A stretch of DNA of 63,115 bases, from the IMG/VR virus record IMGVR_UViG_3300036715_000947, positions 1-63,115 of that record; one strand, written 5' to 3'. Shown here piece by piece: positions 51,190 through 61,273 of the stretch. A program made the position numbers and the translations under genes. Positions within the stretch are counted from its first letter, which is position 1, and every line of letters starts with the position of its first letter. The stretch comes from a virus (taxonomy: Duplodnaviria > Caudoviricetes). The notes beneath the pieces were generated by a model. The model saw only the letters and a list, made by a program, of their open reading frames with translations. It was not told where the DNA came from and did no database searches.

Positions 51190-54063
51190 ATGTCCACCAC
51201 AGGGGATGAAGTGAGCATCGAACCGATCACCATCGATTTCGAGACGAACAAGATAGAACCACGCCCACGGTTTCCACCAGAGCCCGTGGGCGTGGCGATT
51301 AAGTGGCCGGGCATGAAGGCCAAGTACCACGCGTGGGGCCATCCGCAGGACAACACGTGCGACAAGGAGTATGGGGTACGGAAGCTGAAAGAGGCATGGA
51401 CAAGCGGGAAGCCTCTCCTGTTCCATAATTCCAAGTTCGACGTGGCGGTGGCAAACGAGAGACTCGGGCTCAGCATCCCATCGTGGGAGATGATGCACGA
51501 CACCATGTTCCTGCTTTTCCTCGACAACCCCTATTCCAAGTCACTAGCTCTGAAGCCTAGCTCCGAGATCTACCTGGGGATGCCGCCAGAGGAGCGAGAC
51601 ATGGTGTGCGATTGGCTCGTGGAGAACCAAGCCATGCTGAGAAGCACAGGCTTGCTCGACAAACACGAGCGCATTACCGATGGCAACTTCGGAAAGTACA
51701 TTTCACTCGCGCCAGGCGGTCTGGTGGCCGCGTATGGCATGGGCGACGTGATACGCACCGAGAAGCTGTTCAAGCGCCTATACCATCAGGTCACGGTAGA
51801 GCGCGGAATGCGCTACGCGTACGACACCGAGCGCGAGCTAATGCCCATCCTGCTTGCCAACGAGCGGGAGGGCATCCGTGCGGCCAAGAAGAGCTTGGCC
51901 AATAGCATCGTCACGTACGAAGAGGCCATGCAGGAAGTGGACGAGTGGATACGGAAGCGGCTACACGCGCCGGGCATGAACGTCAACGCTGACCAGCAGC
52001 TTGCTAACGCGCTGGAAAGCTCTGGCGTAGTGACCGACTTCGTTTACACCAAGCCGTCCAAGGCCCACCCCAATGGGCAGCGTTCAGTGTCGAAAGACAA
52101 CCTGACCATTGAGCGCTTCAAGGACCCACGCGTATTCCGAGTGCTCACCTACAGGAACAAGCTGGCCTACTCTCTGGCCACATTCATGCGCCCATGGGCG
52201 GCGGTGGCCGAGCAAACAGGCGGCACCATCCACACGAATTGGAATCAAGTCATGCGCCAAGGGGCGGGCGCTATCACTGGAAGAATGTCGTCATCGCCCA
52301 ACTTTCAAAATGTGACGAAGAACGTAAAGGAAGACGTGGAGAGCGAGGGCGGATACAGACACCCATCGTTCCTGAAGTGGCTTCCCGAGCTTCCGTCGTT
52401 GAGACGGTTCCTGTTGCCGGACGCCGGAGAACTTTTTGGGCACAGAGACTTCTGCTTCTCCGACGACACCGAAGTACTGACGGATGAAGGATGGAAGCTG
52501 TTCAAGGACTTGACCAGGAAAGAAAAAGTGGCGCAATGGCGCGATGGTGTTGTCAGCTTTGCACACCCGCTGGCGTATCAGAACCTACGCCACGATGGTG
52601 TCATGTATCACATCACTGGGAAGGACTCGTTCGACCTACTGGTGTCGCCCAATCATAGGTGTTTGGTGGAGTTGGACGGAGCACGTGGTTTTGAATTTGT
52701 ACGCCCCGCTGACTATCCCACCAGCCATGCTTGGCAATGGAGCGCGGGCAAGTACTTAGGTACTGGCAAGCTGATCTGCCCAACAGACGACGAAATCACG
52801 TTGTTGTGTGCGCTCCAAGCCGACGGAAGCGTAAAGAACTACGCTGCGCCTCGCGTTGTGTGGTACTTGAAGAAGCCGCGCAAGATAGAGCGACTGTCGG
52901 CAACATTGAAGGCGTTGGGCGTGGACTACTTCACCAATCCTAACATCCCGTCCAAGCCTGGATTTACTTCATTCTCTATGGCGTGGAGCGATCTTCCAAG
53001 CAATGTTCGCAAACTCATTGACAGGGAAAAGACGTTCACTCGCAAGTTGCTTTCCATGGACCTTGCTTCGCGCAGGGTGTTTGTGAACGAGCTATTCTTT
53101 TGGGACGGATCGCGCCAAGACGGTGCGAACAGCGGGTACTACTGCTCCACCAACCGTGCGAACGTAGAGCTTGTGCAAGAAGTAGCCACCCTGTCCAACT
53201 ATCGCGCTCAGTTAAGGATAGAAAAGCACGCCACGAAGAAGACGTGCTACTTCGTGAATATGCGAGACAACCCAAGGACAGGCGTAGATACGGCGGTACG
53301 AAGTGAGATAGAGTATCACGGAAGAATCTATTGTGTCTCAATGCCGCACGGCACTGTCATCGTGCGAAGGAATGGCCGTGTATCGGTTACGGGCAACTGC
53401 CAGCAGGAATTGCGCATTCTGGCCGAGTATGAGGGTCGTGCACTGTTCAGGGCGTACAGGAAGAACGCAGACCTCGACGTTCACGTGATGGTGCAAGGAC
53501 TCCTGGCCGACGCGGGGCAGCACCTTGAGCGTTCCGACGTAAAGCGCTTCAACTTCGGCATTCTGTACGGCATGGGCGCAACCGGGCTGTCAAAGCGGCT
53601 CGGCATCTCCAAGGGCAAGGCCCGCGAGCTTATCTCCACGTGGAACCGCGTCATGCCAGGTGTGGCGGACCTCGTGGAAGACATCAAGGACGAGGTAAGG
53701 CGCGGCGGCTACATTTGCACGTGGGGAGGCAGGCAGTACACGATGCCCCCTCCCATGACCTTTGGGGAGAACGGAGAAGTACGCGATCGTGACTACGTGC
53801 TGCTCAACTACCTCATACAAGGGTCCGGCGCTGACGCCACCAAGCGGGCACTCATCAACTACTACAAAGAGAAGAAGCACAGCCGCATCATCAACAACGT
53901 CCACGACGAAATAAACTTCTCAGCACATGCACACCACATGGCTGAGGAACAGTCAATTCTCAAGCAAGTAATCGAAGACCTTCCTTTCGATGTCGGCATG
54001 AAGAGCGATGGGAAAGCTGGCAAGAATTGGGGAGCACTCGAACCGTGGAAGGACGAGCTATGA
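51190..54063 (+). CDS. polA: family A DNA polymerase precursor with 3'-5' exonuclease and a 315-aa intein (start possibly GTG 51211)
   Basis: TIDFET, FHNSKFD, TGRMSS.PNFQN, motif A RDF|CQQELRIL, motif B K.FNFGILYGMG, NYLIQGSGAD, motif C VHDE. Confidence 0.95.
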   Translation: MSTTGDEVSIEPITIDFETNKIEPRPRFPPEPVGVAIKWPGMKAKYHAWGHPQDNTCDKEYGVRKLKEAWTSGKPLLFHNSKFDVAVANERLGLSIPSWEMMHDTMFLLFLDNPYSKSLALKPSSEIYLGMPPEERDMVCDWLVENQAMLRSTGLLDKHERITDGNFGKYISLAPGGLVAAYGMGDVIRTEKLFKRLYHQVTVERGMRYAYDTERELMPILLANEREGIRAAKKSLANSIVTYEEAMQEVDEWIRKRLHAPGMNVNADQQLANALESSGVVTDFVYTKPSKAHPNGQRSVSKDNLTIERFKDPRVFRVLTYRNKLAYSLATFMRPWAAVAEQTGGTIHTNWNQVMRQGAGAITGRMSSSPNFQNVTKNVKEDVESEGGYRHPSFLKWLPELPSLRRFLLPDAGELFGHRDFCFSDDTEVLTDEGWKLFKDLTRKEKVAQWRDGVVSFAHPLAYQNLRHDGVMYHITGKDSFDLLVSPNHRCLVELDGARGFEFVRPADYPTSHAWQWSAGKYLGTGKLICPTDDEITLLCALQADGSVKNYAAPRVVWYLKKPRKIERLSATLKALGVDYFTNPNIPSKPGFTSFSMAWSDLPSNVRKLIDREKTFTRKLLSMDLASRRVFVNELFFWDGSRQDGANSGYYCSTNRANVELVQEVATLSNYRAQLRIEKHATKKTCYFVNMRDNPRTGVDTAVRSEIEYHGRIYCVSMPHGTVIVRRNGRVSVTGNCQQELRILAEYEGRALFRAYRKNADLDVHVMVQGLLADAGQHLERSDVKRFNFGILYGMGATGLSKRLGISKGKARELISTWNRVMPGVADLVEDIKDEVRRGGYICTWGGRQYTMPPPMTFGENGEVRDRDYVLLNYLIQGSGADATKRALINYYKEKKHSRIINNVHDEINFSAHAHHMAEEQSILKQVIEDLPFDVGMKSDGKAGKNWGALEPWKDEL
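52453..53397 (+). mobile_element. intein with LAGLIDADG-like endonuclease in polymerase motif A
   Basis: CFSDDTEVLT..GW start, VSPNHR, ALQADGS and LFFWDGS, IYCVSMPHGT...VTGN end; +1 Cys. Confidence 0.92.
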
Positions 54064-54809
54064 GCGCAACATCTTCACCTGCCAGTGGAATCGACAAGCC
54101 ACGCAAGAAGACACAAGTGAAGTACAAGAAGAAACGCCAACTGTCGATGCCGAATGTGTGGTCATTCTCTCGATGGTCAACGTACTCGCAGTGCCCTCTC
54201 AAGGCCAAGCTCACCTACATCGACGGCTACAGGTTCGAGAGGGAGAAGGGATCGGCGTCTGACCGTGGCGTGGAGGTGCACGCGCTTGCGCAAAACTGGC
54301 TGGAGTCTCCGAAGCTGAAGAAGCTGCCGCCCATCTTCGATTTTTTCAAAGAGGACTTGCACAGACTTCGCAGGCTGCGGGCCGTGGCCGAAGTGCCGTT
54401 GGCGTTCCGAAGGGATTGGACGCCATGTGATTTTGACGCGCCCGACTACTGGTGGCACGGCGAGCTTGACGCGGTGGCGATGCTGTCCAGCAAGGTAGCG
54501 CTTGTGGTGGACTACAAAACGGGCAAGGAGTATGAGCACCACGTTCTCCAGCTTGAGCTATACGCGCTTGCCGTCATGCTCACAGACAAGTCAATACGTC
54601 GCGTCATCGTGGAAGATTGGTACATCGACCTTCACCGGAAGAGCCGACGCCGAGAGTACACACGCTCACAGATACCCATGCTCAAGAAGATTTGGGAGCG
54701 GCGTACCAAGGCCATGTTCAACGATCACGAGTTTGCGCCACTTCCAGGGTTCTTGTGTTCGTGGTGTGACTTCACGAAGAGCAAGGGTTCTGGTCTCTGT
54801 GCACATTGA
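54060..54809 (+). CDS. PD-(D/E)XK (Cas4/RecB-like) exonuclease
   Basis: WSFSR...CP, RG.EVH, GELD, VVDYKTGK, QLELYAL, CSWC.F....C. Confidence 0.88.
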   Translation: MSATSSPASGIDKPRKKTQVKYKKKRQLSMPNVWSFSRWSTYSQCPLKAKLTYIDGYRFEREKGSASDRGVEVHALAQNWLESPKLKKLPPIFDFFKEDLHRLRRLRAVAEVPLAFRRDWTPCDFDAPDYWWHGELDAVAMLSSKVALVVDYKTGKEYEHHVLQLELYALAVMLTDKSIRRVIVEDWYIDLHRKSRRREYTRSQIPMLKKIWERRTKAMFNDHEFAPLPGFLCSWCDFTKSKGSGLCAH

Positions 54810-54818
54810 GGTGGTGTC

Positions 54819-55241
54819 ATGCTTGAGCGGCCTATCGAAGAAGGGGCAAACAGGTGGGCCATCGCCCACGGCATTCGCCACCGCAAGATGAACGGGAAGG
54901 GCCAGCGAAGCTGGCCGGACCAGCTTTACTACTCACGCTTTTTCTTGAAAGGTGTGAAGGGCGTTTTCATCGAATACAAAGCCACAGGCAAGAAACCCAC
55001 AAAGCTCCAGTACGAGCAAATGGACGAACTACGCGCGGCAGGCTTCGACGTAGCGTGGTTCGATAACAAACTCGAAGCTGTGAATTACCTGAAAGGATTC
55101 CTCGATGAGCGCAAGCTACAAAAAGCCCTCGACCAGCAGGACAGCACCGATTTCGATGCTGAAGTCGAAAAAGCCCGAGCAGACAATCCTCGAAGAAGCG
55201 ATGTCCCTAGTCGGCGGAGAAAGGCAGGACGACTACGGTGA
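54819..55241 (+). CDS. VRR-NUC domain nuclease
   Basis: E..IE, WPD, FIEYKA.GKKPT.LQ. Confidence 0.85.
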   Translation: MLERPIEEGANRWAIAHGIRHRKMNGKGQRSWPDQLYYSRFFLKGVKGVFIEYKATGKKPTKLQYEQMDELRAAGFDVAWFDNKLEAVNYLKGFLDERKLQKALDQQDSTDFDAEVEKARADNPRRSDVPSRRRKAGRLR

Positions 55242-55440
55242 CTTCAAGGACATGTTTGTTCGCTGGCGTGAGGCGTGCCACGCTTGCGGACGGCCCGGAC
55301 TCGCCAACGTCACAGGCGAAGATTTGGCCACGGCCATGATTCTCCTGAAAGTGATTCGTGACGCCACGCGTCCCAAGCGTGACAATCCGGTGGACATCGC
55401 TGGATGGGCGCACGGGCTCGACATCGTGCGTGGGGAGTAG
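55156..55440 (+). CDS. DUF6378-like protein (start uncertain; overlaps VRR-NUC)
   Basis: ILEEA..LV.G.RQ.DYG, MILLK..R...KRDN.VDIAGWA. Confidence 0.75.
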   Translation: MLKSKKPEQTILEEAMSLVGGERQDDYGDFKDMFVRWREACHACGRPGLANVTGEDLATAMILLKVIRDATRPKRDNPVDIAGWAHGLDIVRGE

Positions 55441-55443
55441 TCC

Positions 55444-55995
55444 ATGCGCGATCTGATGATCGACCTCGAAACGATGAGCACCAGCAGTAACGCGGCCATC
55501 GTTTCCGTCGGCGCGGTGCTCTTCGACACCGAAGATGGAGTGCTGGGCGACACGATGAGTTTGAGTGTGTCTCTACAGTCATCCATCGACCTCGGCCTCG
55601 CCGTTGACGGAGCCACCGTTGCGTGGTGGATGCGGCAGGAAAATGAGGCACGCAAGGCCATATTCGGAGAGCCGCGACTCACGATCAAGACGGCGCTCGC
55701 AGTGCTCGCCAACTACATCGAATCGTCCCCCATGGGGTCGGACGTGAAGGTGTGGGGCAATGGCGCAGCGTTCGACGCAGTGGTCCTCCGCAACGCGTAC
55801 GATCGGTCGGGAATCCTGTGTCCGTGGAACTTCCGCAACGAGCGATGCTACCGCACGGTCAAGGTCATGTTTCCCATGGTCGGAAAGCCGGGACACGCCG
55901 ACAGGGTTAAGCACGTGGCGCTGAGTGACGCCATCGACCAAGCCGAGCACCTCATCGCCATCTACAGGCACATTCGCCATCAAACATCCAAGTAA
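55444..55995 (+). CDS. DEDDh 3'-5' exonuclease
   Basis: LMIDLET, IVSVGAV.F, VWGNGA.FD, H.ALSDA..QA. Confidence 0.88.
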   Translation: MRDLMIDLETMSTSSNAAIVSVGAVLFDTEDGVLGDTMSLSVSLQSSIDLGLAVDGATVAWWMRQENEARKAIFGEPRLTIKTALAVLANYIESSPMGSDVKVWGNGAAFDAVVLRNAYDRSGILCPWNFRNERCYRTVKVMFPMVGKPGHADRVKHVALSDAIDQAEHLIAIYRHIRHQTSK

Positions 55996-56005
55996 GGGAC
56001 GGACC

Positions 56006-56587
56006 GTGCGTACGCTAACGCTTCAAGATCGAATCGACAGCTACGTCACGCTGACGCGGCATCCTCGCTCGCTATTCGTGGGCGAGGATGGCCGTATCGT
56101 GGGCACGTGGATCATGGGCAACTCGTACAGGGTGGCCAGTGGGCTTTACGGCGGCTATCCGCACGGCTACCTCAAGCGCGTGAAGGCGCTGTTCCCCGAC
56201 AAGCGCAAGGTGCTGCACCTTTTCAGCGGCAAGGTGGACACCAGCGTGCTCCCTGGCAAGACGGTGGACATCAACAAGGACAACGCGCCAACGTGGGTGG
56301 ACGACGCACAGACACTCTCAAAGGTGCCGGTGAAGGATTTTGACCTCGTACTCGCCGATCCTCCGTACTCGGTGGAGGACTGTGACCACTACCAAACCAC
56401 GATGGTCAAGCGCAACGTGGTGATGAGGACGCTGGGGAAGAGGCTGAAGCGTGGAGCCCATGTGGTGTGGCTTGATCAAGTCCTACCGATGTACCGCAAG
56501 GACCAGTTCAGAATCGTGGCCGTGATCGGCATGGTCAAGAGCACAAACCACAGGTTCCGAGTCGTTACTATCTTCGAGAGGGTGTGA
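56006..56587 (+). CDS. putative amino-(N6-A/N4-C) methyltransferase-like protein
   Basis: VLHLFSG (motif I-like), VDIN, DLVLADPPY (motif IV). Confidence 0.7.
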   Translation: MRTLTLQDRIDSYVTLTRHPRSLFVGEDGRIVGTWIMGNSYRVASGLYGGYPHGYLKRVKALFPDKRKVLHLFSGKVDTSVLPGKTVDINKDNAPTWVDDAQTLSKVPVKDFDLVLADPPYSVEDCDHYQTTMVKRNVVMRTLGKRLKRGAHVVWLDQVLPMYRKDQFRIVAVIGMVKSTNHRFRVVTIFERV

Positions 56588-56588
56588 C

Positions 56589-56783
56589 ATGAAGGAAATG
56601 ACGTACGACATGTGGATGGCGGCAGGGTACTGCGTACGAAAAGGCGAGAAGTCTATGGGGCGCGACAGGCACGGCAGACCTACGTTCAAGCGCGAACAGG
56701 TAGAAGAGAGAAGTGACTTCATGCGCCCCAAATACTCGGACAGCGACCGTCTCATGGACACCGAAGATTTGTGCGGGGAGTAG
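56589..56783 (+). CDS. hypothetical protein
   Basis: TY..W...GY.VRKGEK....F...QVE. Confidence 0.65.
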   Translation: MKEMTYDMWMAAGYCVRKGEKSMGRDRHGRPTFKREQVEERSDFMRPKYSDSDRLMDTEDLCGE

Positions 56784-58270
56784 CTGTGCGCAGAATGGTG
56801 AGAAGGCCGAAGCGGGCGCAAGAATGGGTGCCCAGGAATTACATGAAGAGGGCCTTGCGCTTCCTCCTCTCCAATGGAGCGGCGGGCTTGTGGCTCGATC
56901 CCGGCCTCGGCAAGACTTCAATCACGCTCACAGCGTTCAACTATTTGCGCAAGTACAAAACGGCGCGGCGCATGTTGGTGATCGCACCTCTGCGTGTGTG
57001 CCGGTCTGTGTGGCCCAAGGAGGGCCGGAAGTGGGCACATCTCAACGGCCTCAAGATTGTTTTCCTCCACGGCAACGACAAGGACCAGCTACTTGAGGAG
57101 GACGACGCCGATGTGTATTGTATTAACCCCGAAGGTCTACAGTGGCTTTTGTCCAAGGGCAGGTTTGGCAAGCTAGACGCCGATGTGCTGTGCATAGATG
57201 AGGTGTCTCGGTTCAAGAATACGAACACGCAGAGGTTCAAGGCGCTGAAGCCCTACCTCGGACGATTCCGTAGGCGGTGGACGTTGACGGGCACGCCAGC
57301 GCCCAACGGGCTCATGGACATCTTTGGGCAGATTTACTGTCTCGACCTTGGCCACGCGCTAGGTCCGTACGTCACACACTACCGACAGAAATTTTTCCAG
57401 CAAGATCCAGGCAACGAGTACGGATGGATACTCAAGAAAGGAGCTGAGAAAGAGATATACGAGAAAATAGCACCCCTCATACTGCGAATCGACAACAGCG
57501 TGTTGAAGGGTCTTCCTAAATTGGTGTTCAACAATGTCATGGTCGACCTGCCAGACAAGGCCATGCGCGTTTACAAGGAGATGGAGCGCGAGCTTTTCAC
57601 GCTACTGGACGACGGAACGAAGATAGCGGCAAAGAGCGTGGGCGTGGCTGTGGGGAAGTGCAATCAGATCGCCAACGGTGGCATCTACACACAGAACCCA
57701 ATCACGGGCAAGCGCATCGCGCGGGACGTGCACATGGCGAAGGTGGAAGCAGTGCAGGACTTGGTGGAGGAGATCGGTGGCAAGCCGGTGCTTCTCCTCT
57801 ACAACTATTCCAGCGACAAGGAGCGCCTCAAGCGTGCGTTTCCCAACGCCCCCTGCGTGGCCGACATGACCGAGCGCAAGGCGGATCAGCTATTCGACAG
57901 GTGGAATCGTGGCGCGGTGCCGCTGATGATGGCACAACCTAGCTCCATCGGTCATGGGCTCAATCTACAGGGTGGTGGGCAGCACATCATTTGGATGGGC
58001 CTACCGTGGGATCTTGAGCTTTGGATTCAGGCCATCGACCGACTGCACCGACAGGGGTCCAGGTTCAAGCACGTCTTCGTCCATTGCATCATCGCCAAGG
58101 GCACCGTGGACGTGATTATCCGTCGCACGCTTGCCGAGAAGGACGCCACGCAGAACAGGCTCCTAGAAGCAATCAAGAACAGCCGCAGAGACGAGGTGCT
58201 GGTGGGCACGGGCCAGGCGAGGCACTACCTCCAGGATCGGGGCGGCTGCCGCGTCTCCAGCGGGCGCTAG
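56771..58270 (+). CDS. SNF2-like superfamily 2 helicase (start approximate)
   Basis: LDPGLGKT, IDEVS.FKN, LTGTPAPN, GHGLNLQ, QAIDRLHRQG. Confidence 0.92.
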   Translation: MRGVAVRRMVRRPKRAQEWVPRNYMKRALRFLLSNGAAGLWLDPGLGKTSITLTAFNYLRKYKTARRMLVIAPLRVCRSVWPKEGRKWAHLNGLKIVFLHGNDKDQLLEEDDADVYCINPEGLQWLLSKGRFGKLDADVLCIDEVSRFKNTNTQRFKALKPYLGRFRRRWTLTGTPAPNGLMDIFGQIYCLDLGHALGPYVTHYRQKFFQQDPGNEYGWILKKGAEKEIYEKIAPLILRIDNSVLKGLPKLVFNNVMVDLPDKAMRVYKEMERELFTLLDDGTKIAAKSVGVAVGKCNQIANGGIYTQNPITGKRIARDVHMAKVEAVQDLVEEIGGKPVLLLYNYSSDKERLKRAFPNAPCVADMTERKADQLFDRWNRGAVPLMMAQPSSIGHGLNLQGGGQHIIWMGLPWDLELWIQAIDRLHRQGSRFKHVFVHCIIAKGTVDVIIRRTLAEKDATQNRLLEAIKNSRRDEVLVGTGQARHYLQDRGGCRVSSGR

Positions 58271-58333
58271 GCGGTCTAGCGGTGTTGTAACACGCGTTAG
58301 CGGCTAAGTATTGACATTACTAAATAAAAAATG

Positions 58334-58363
58334 TTGACTTATGCCGCTAACTCGCGGTATAAT
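58334..58363 (+). promoter_or_regulatory. strong sigma70-type early promoter TTGACT-18-TATAAT
   Basis: Near-consensus boxes with UP-like A-tract. Confidence 0.8.
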
Positions 58364-58409
58364 TGTTCATCGGCGCATCGGAGCGCCGGACATCACAAGG
58401 AGGTGCAGT

Positions 58410-58763
58410 ATGAGACCCACACAACGCACGTTTGGGGCGGCGCTTGTCGTGTGTAGTTGGTGCGGCAACGACAGTGGAGACCTCGCCGTAGGACAGCTCC
58501 CTGACAGTTGCGGAATGCGCGTGATTATCAACGATCAGCCGTGCCAGACATGCAAGGACGAAATGGCTCGGGGCATCACCTTCATCGAGGCTACCAAGGA
58601 CGCGTTCGGCAAGGTCGAGCGAACAGGGCGCTGGTCGGTGGTGACGGAGGAGGGGGCGCGTGGAATCATCAATGGCGACGAACTGCTGGCGTCCGTGCTC
58701 AAGTGTCGCAAGACGTACATGGAGACGGAAACGTACGAGAGGGTGTTCGGACGCTGCAAATAA
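58410..58763 (+). CDS. hypothetical zinc-binding protein
   Basis: AAGGAGG SD; CSWC...PCQTC. Confidence 0.7.
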   Translation: MRPTQRTFGAALVVCSWCGNDSGDLAVGQLPDSCGMRVIINDQPCQTCKDEMARGITFIEATKDAFGKVERTGRWSVVTEEGARGIINGDELLASVLKCRKTYMETETYERVFGRCK

Positions 58764-58832
58764 CAGCGAAGATGGAGAAAAGAAGTCCGTGTGAACCGCC
58801 ACGACAAACGTGGACACTACCAGGAGGGCGAC

Positions 58833-59474
58833 ATGAGCCTCAAAGCATGGCAGAAGCGCATCGAGCAGTACGAAGCGGGAGCACCGATACCGGAATCGTT
58901 GGTGCGTGCGTTACGAGTGGCGGCACAGCCGGGAACGCCAACGCACGACCTGATCAACAGCAAGTGCCTCTATGATGGAGCGAACGCCGACCACGGTGTG
59001 GAGTGGCGGATTACCTACGAACAGACCAAAAAAGGCATCAAGTGGCTCCGGTCTCACGCGATCCGCGAACTCATGCGCGAGGAAGAACAGCGAATCGTCA
59101 ACGACTTCTCGCGCTTCTACTTCGTAGGCATCAAGGCGTACGAGTACGAGTCACCCATGCGCACAGGGCATGTGCTAACGCACTACGCCCCGGTCTACCG
59201 CGTATGTGGAAACAGTGGGGAGTGGTTCGACTACGTGAGCGCCCCGTGGCAGAGCGGCGACCCTCTCGGCATCCCGCGCTTTGGGGTGCTACAGTCGCTC
59301 CTTTGCTCAGAGGGGCGCGACACGCTACGGTTCAAGTATGGGTGGCTCAACATACAAACCGGAACGACAGGTGTGAGAGATTACGATGCGCCGTCGCGTG
59401 CGTCCTTCCTCGAATCCCTGTGTGCGTGGAATAAGAAAGGCCGGGGAGCGTGGCAGTACTGGGAGGAGGTGTGA
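58833..59474 (+). CDS. hypothetical protein
   Basis: AGGAGG SD. Confidence 0.7.
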   Translation: MSLKAWQKRIEQYEAGAPIPESLVRALRVAAQPGTPTHDLINSKCLYDGANADHGVEWRITYEQTKKGIKWLRSHAIRELMREEEQRIVNDFSRFYFVGIKAYEYESPMRTGHVLTHYAPVYRVCGNSGEWFDYVSAPWQSGDPLGIPRFGVLQSLLCSEGRDTLRFKYGWLNIQTGTTGVRDYDAPSRASFLESLCAWNKKGRGAWQYWEEV

Positions 59475-59475
59475 C

Positions 59476-59862
59476 ATGCCTAAGAAAATCTACAGTCGTC
59501 TCGCGGGTCTCGCCGATGCAATTCGGTCGTGCATCGTCGCTGAAAATTGGCAGTGGGTGGGCAGGCACCGCGCCGTCGTCAATGAGATCATGGAATACAC
59601 GTTCCCACATGGCTCTGGCTTCGACGGCATCACGAGCTTCGACACAGATGCTTCGAGTGCTAAGAAGCTGGTGTTTGCCACCGAGTTTCATCACATGGAT
59701 GCTAACGGGTACTACGCAGGATGGACACGGCACAAAGTCATCGTCACTCCAACATTCGTATTCGACATTGACATCAGGGTCACAGGCGAGAATCGCAACA
59801 ACATACGAGAACACATCGCGGAGACATTCGCCACGTGGCTCCGCAGCGAAGCGGAGGTATGA
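59476..59862 (+). CDS. conserved phage hypothetical protein
   Basis: PHGSGFD, FHHMD.NGYY.GWT.H.V.VTP. Confidence 0.78.
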   Translation: MPKKIYSRLAGLADAIRSCIVAENWQWVGRHRAVVNEIMEYTFPHGSGFDGITSFDTDASSAKKLVFATEFHHMDANGYYAGWTRHKVIVTPTFVFDIDIRVTGENRNNIREHIAETFATWLRSEAEV

Positions 59863-59863
59863 C

Positions 59864-60619
59864 ATGGCACGCCACGGTAACAAGACCAGCGGTATACGCT
59901 ACACCTACGAAGACACCGGATTGAAGGCGCTGTGCGAGGCGCTGGAGGGCCTTGGTGACTTGTGTGGGTATTCGCAAAGCACCTACGTGTCACCGGCAGT
60001 CGGCGAATTGTTCGGCAAGTTCGTTGATACCGACAAGCCTGACGACGGTGCCAACAGCATCTACTACTCGCACCTCACGGCCATCCCCGACGGGGCTGAG
60101 GTGAAGTGGCACAATCTTTTCGTGCCCGAGTACATGGCGTACTCCGACTACAGCGGCGGAGTGGTGGACCGCGCCAACCTTGAGACGTTCCTCGAAAAAT
60201 ATGGCAGCGTAGAGGGGGTGTACGAGGCAACGGGCGGCTATGGCACGCGTGTCGTGGCCATCATGCTCAGCAGCATTACGGAGGAGATGGTGGAGGTGTT
60301 CGCCGAGCTTTCCGACTATCCCTGTCTGGATGACGAGGCGCTTTCCGAACTCGAAACCAATCTCGAAGACGAAGACTGGGACAACTGGATCAGCGGTGAT
60401 TTCTCGCGTGCTTTGTGCAAGAAGTTTCCGGAACTGGAGGACGAGATCGACCAGATGGAGTCTGAGGACCCCGAACAGCTACGAGAGCTTTACTACACGC
60501 TCAAGGAACGCACCAACACCTACGGCTATTGCGAAGACGCAGTGAGCTACTACATCGACATCGAAGCACTCGTCAATGGCGCCGTGGCTTCGGACTTCAA
60601 CAAGAAAGAGGGGAAGTGA
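59864..60619 (+). CDS. acidic hypothetical protein
   Basis: GGAGG SD; SDYSG..V.RAN, L.DYP.LDDE. Confidence 0.75.
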   Translation: MARHGNKTSGIRYTYEDTGLKALCEALEGLGDLCGYSQSTYVSPAVGELFGKFVDTDKPDDGANSIYYSHLTAIPDGAEVKWHNLFVPEYMAYSDYSGGVVDRANLETFLEKYGSVEGVYEATGGYGTRVVAIMLSSITEEMVEVFAELSDYPCLDDEALSELETNLEDEDWDNWISGDFSRALCKKFPELEDEIDQMESEDPEQLRELYYTLKERTNTYGYCEDAVSYYIDIEALVNGAVASDFNKKEGK

Positions 60620-60620
60620 T

Positions 60621-61034
60621 ATGGGCTTCGTTGCCATCAGACTGCGCAAGGGCGCGGTGGTGACTCCTGACATGCGCAAACTGTTCGTTCGTCTCACGCT
60701 TCTGTCGGAGCGCATGGGCTCAAGCATGTGGGAGATATGTGGAGACGACCAGGCTACGCTCGCAGGAAGCGGCTCCTTCCACAAGGAAGGGCGCTACCTA
60801 CTGCGCAGTGTGGCGAAGCGGTGGACGACCGGCTCCATGTTTTCCAAGAGCCGACACTTCAAGGACACCAGCGATGGAGATCTCTACTTCGCCATCTTGC
60901 CGTTTGGCGTGGTGCTCTCGACATCCAAGGCGGCGCTACGTGCGGCGCTGCCAGGAGTGGGCATCAGCACCGTGTCGGACCGTCACAAGGCCAAGCGACA
61001 AACTACCGCCGTGCAGGGACCGGAGGAAGTATGA
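60621..61034 (+). CDS. hypothetical protein
   Basis: Operon position, GAGG SD. Confidence 0.6.
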   Translation: MGFVAIRLRKGAVVTPDMRKLFVRLTLLSERMGSSMWEICGDDQATLAGSGSFHKEGRYLLRSVAKRWTTGSMFSKSRHFKDTSDGDLYFAILPFGVVLSTSKAALRAALPGVGISTVSDRHKAKRQTTAVQGPEEV

Positions 61035-61270
61035 CCAAAGCGCGCGAACAGCCGAGGTGTTGTGTGTGCAACGCCGATCTCACTAGGATGGAGGAGTACA
61101 CAGGCCACAAGATGTGCAAGCGGTGCTGGGAGTCAGAAGACTACGTGGACGAGCCCATGGAACTGTCCGAGGCCGACGGACGCGTGCTCTTTTGGGTGTG
61201 CGTGGTGTTGGCCAGCATCGTCGTCGCTGCAGTGCTGGTGCCGGTCTTTGCCTGCCTGTACAAGGGGTGA
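61031..61270 (+). CDS. small zinc-finger protein with C-terminal TM helix
   Basis: CCVC...CKRC plus hydrophobic tail. Confidence 0.65.
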   Translation: MTKAREQPRCCVCNADLTRMEEYTGHKMCKRCWESEDYVDEPMELSEADGRVLFWVCVVLASIVVAAVLVPVFACLYKG

Positions 61271-61273
61271 CGT

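Noticed and set aside
54060-54809. Cas4 as evidence of a CRISPR system
   Set aside because: Stand-alone phage PD-(D/E)XK exonuclease in the replication module; no cas1/cas2 or array
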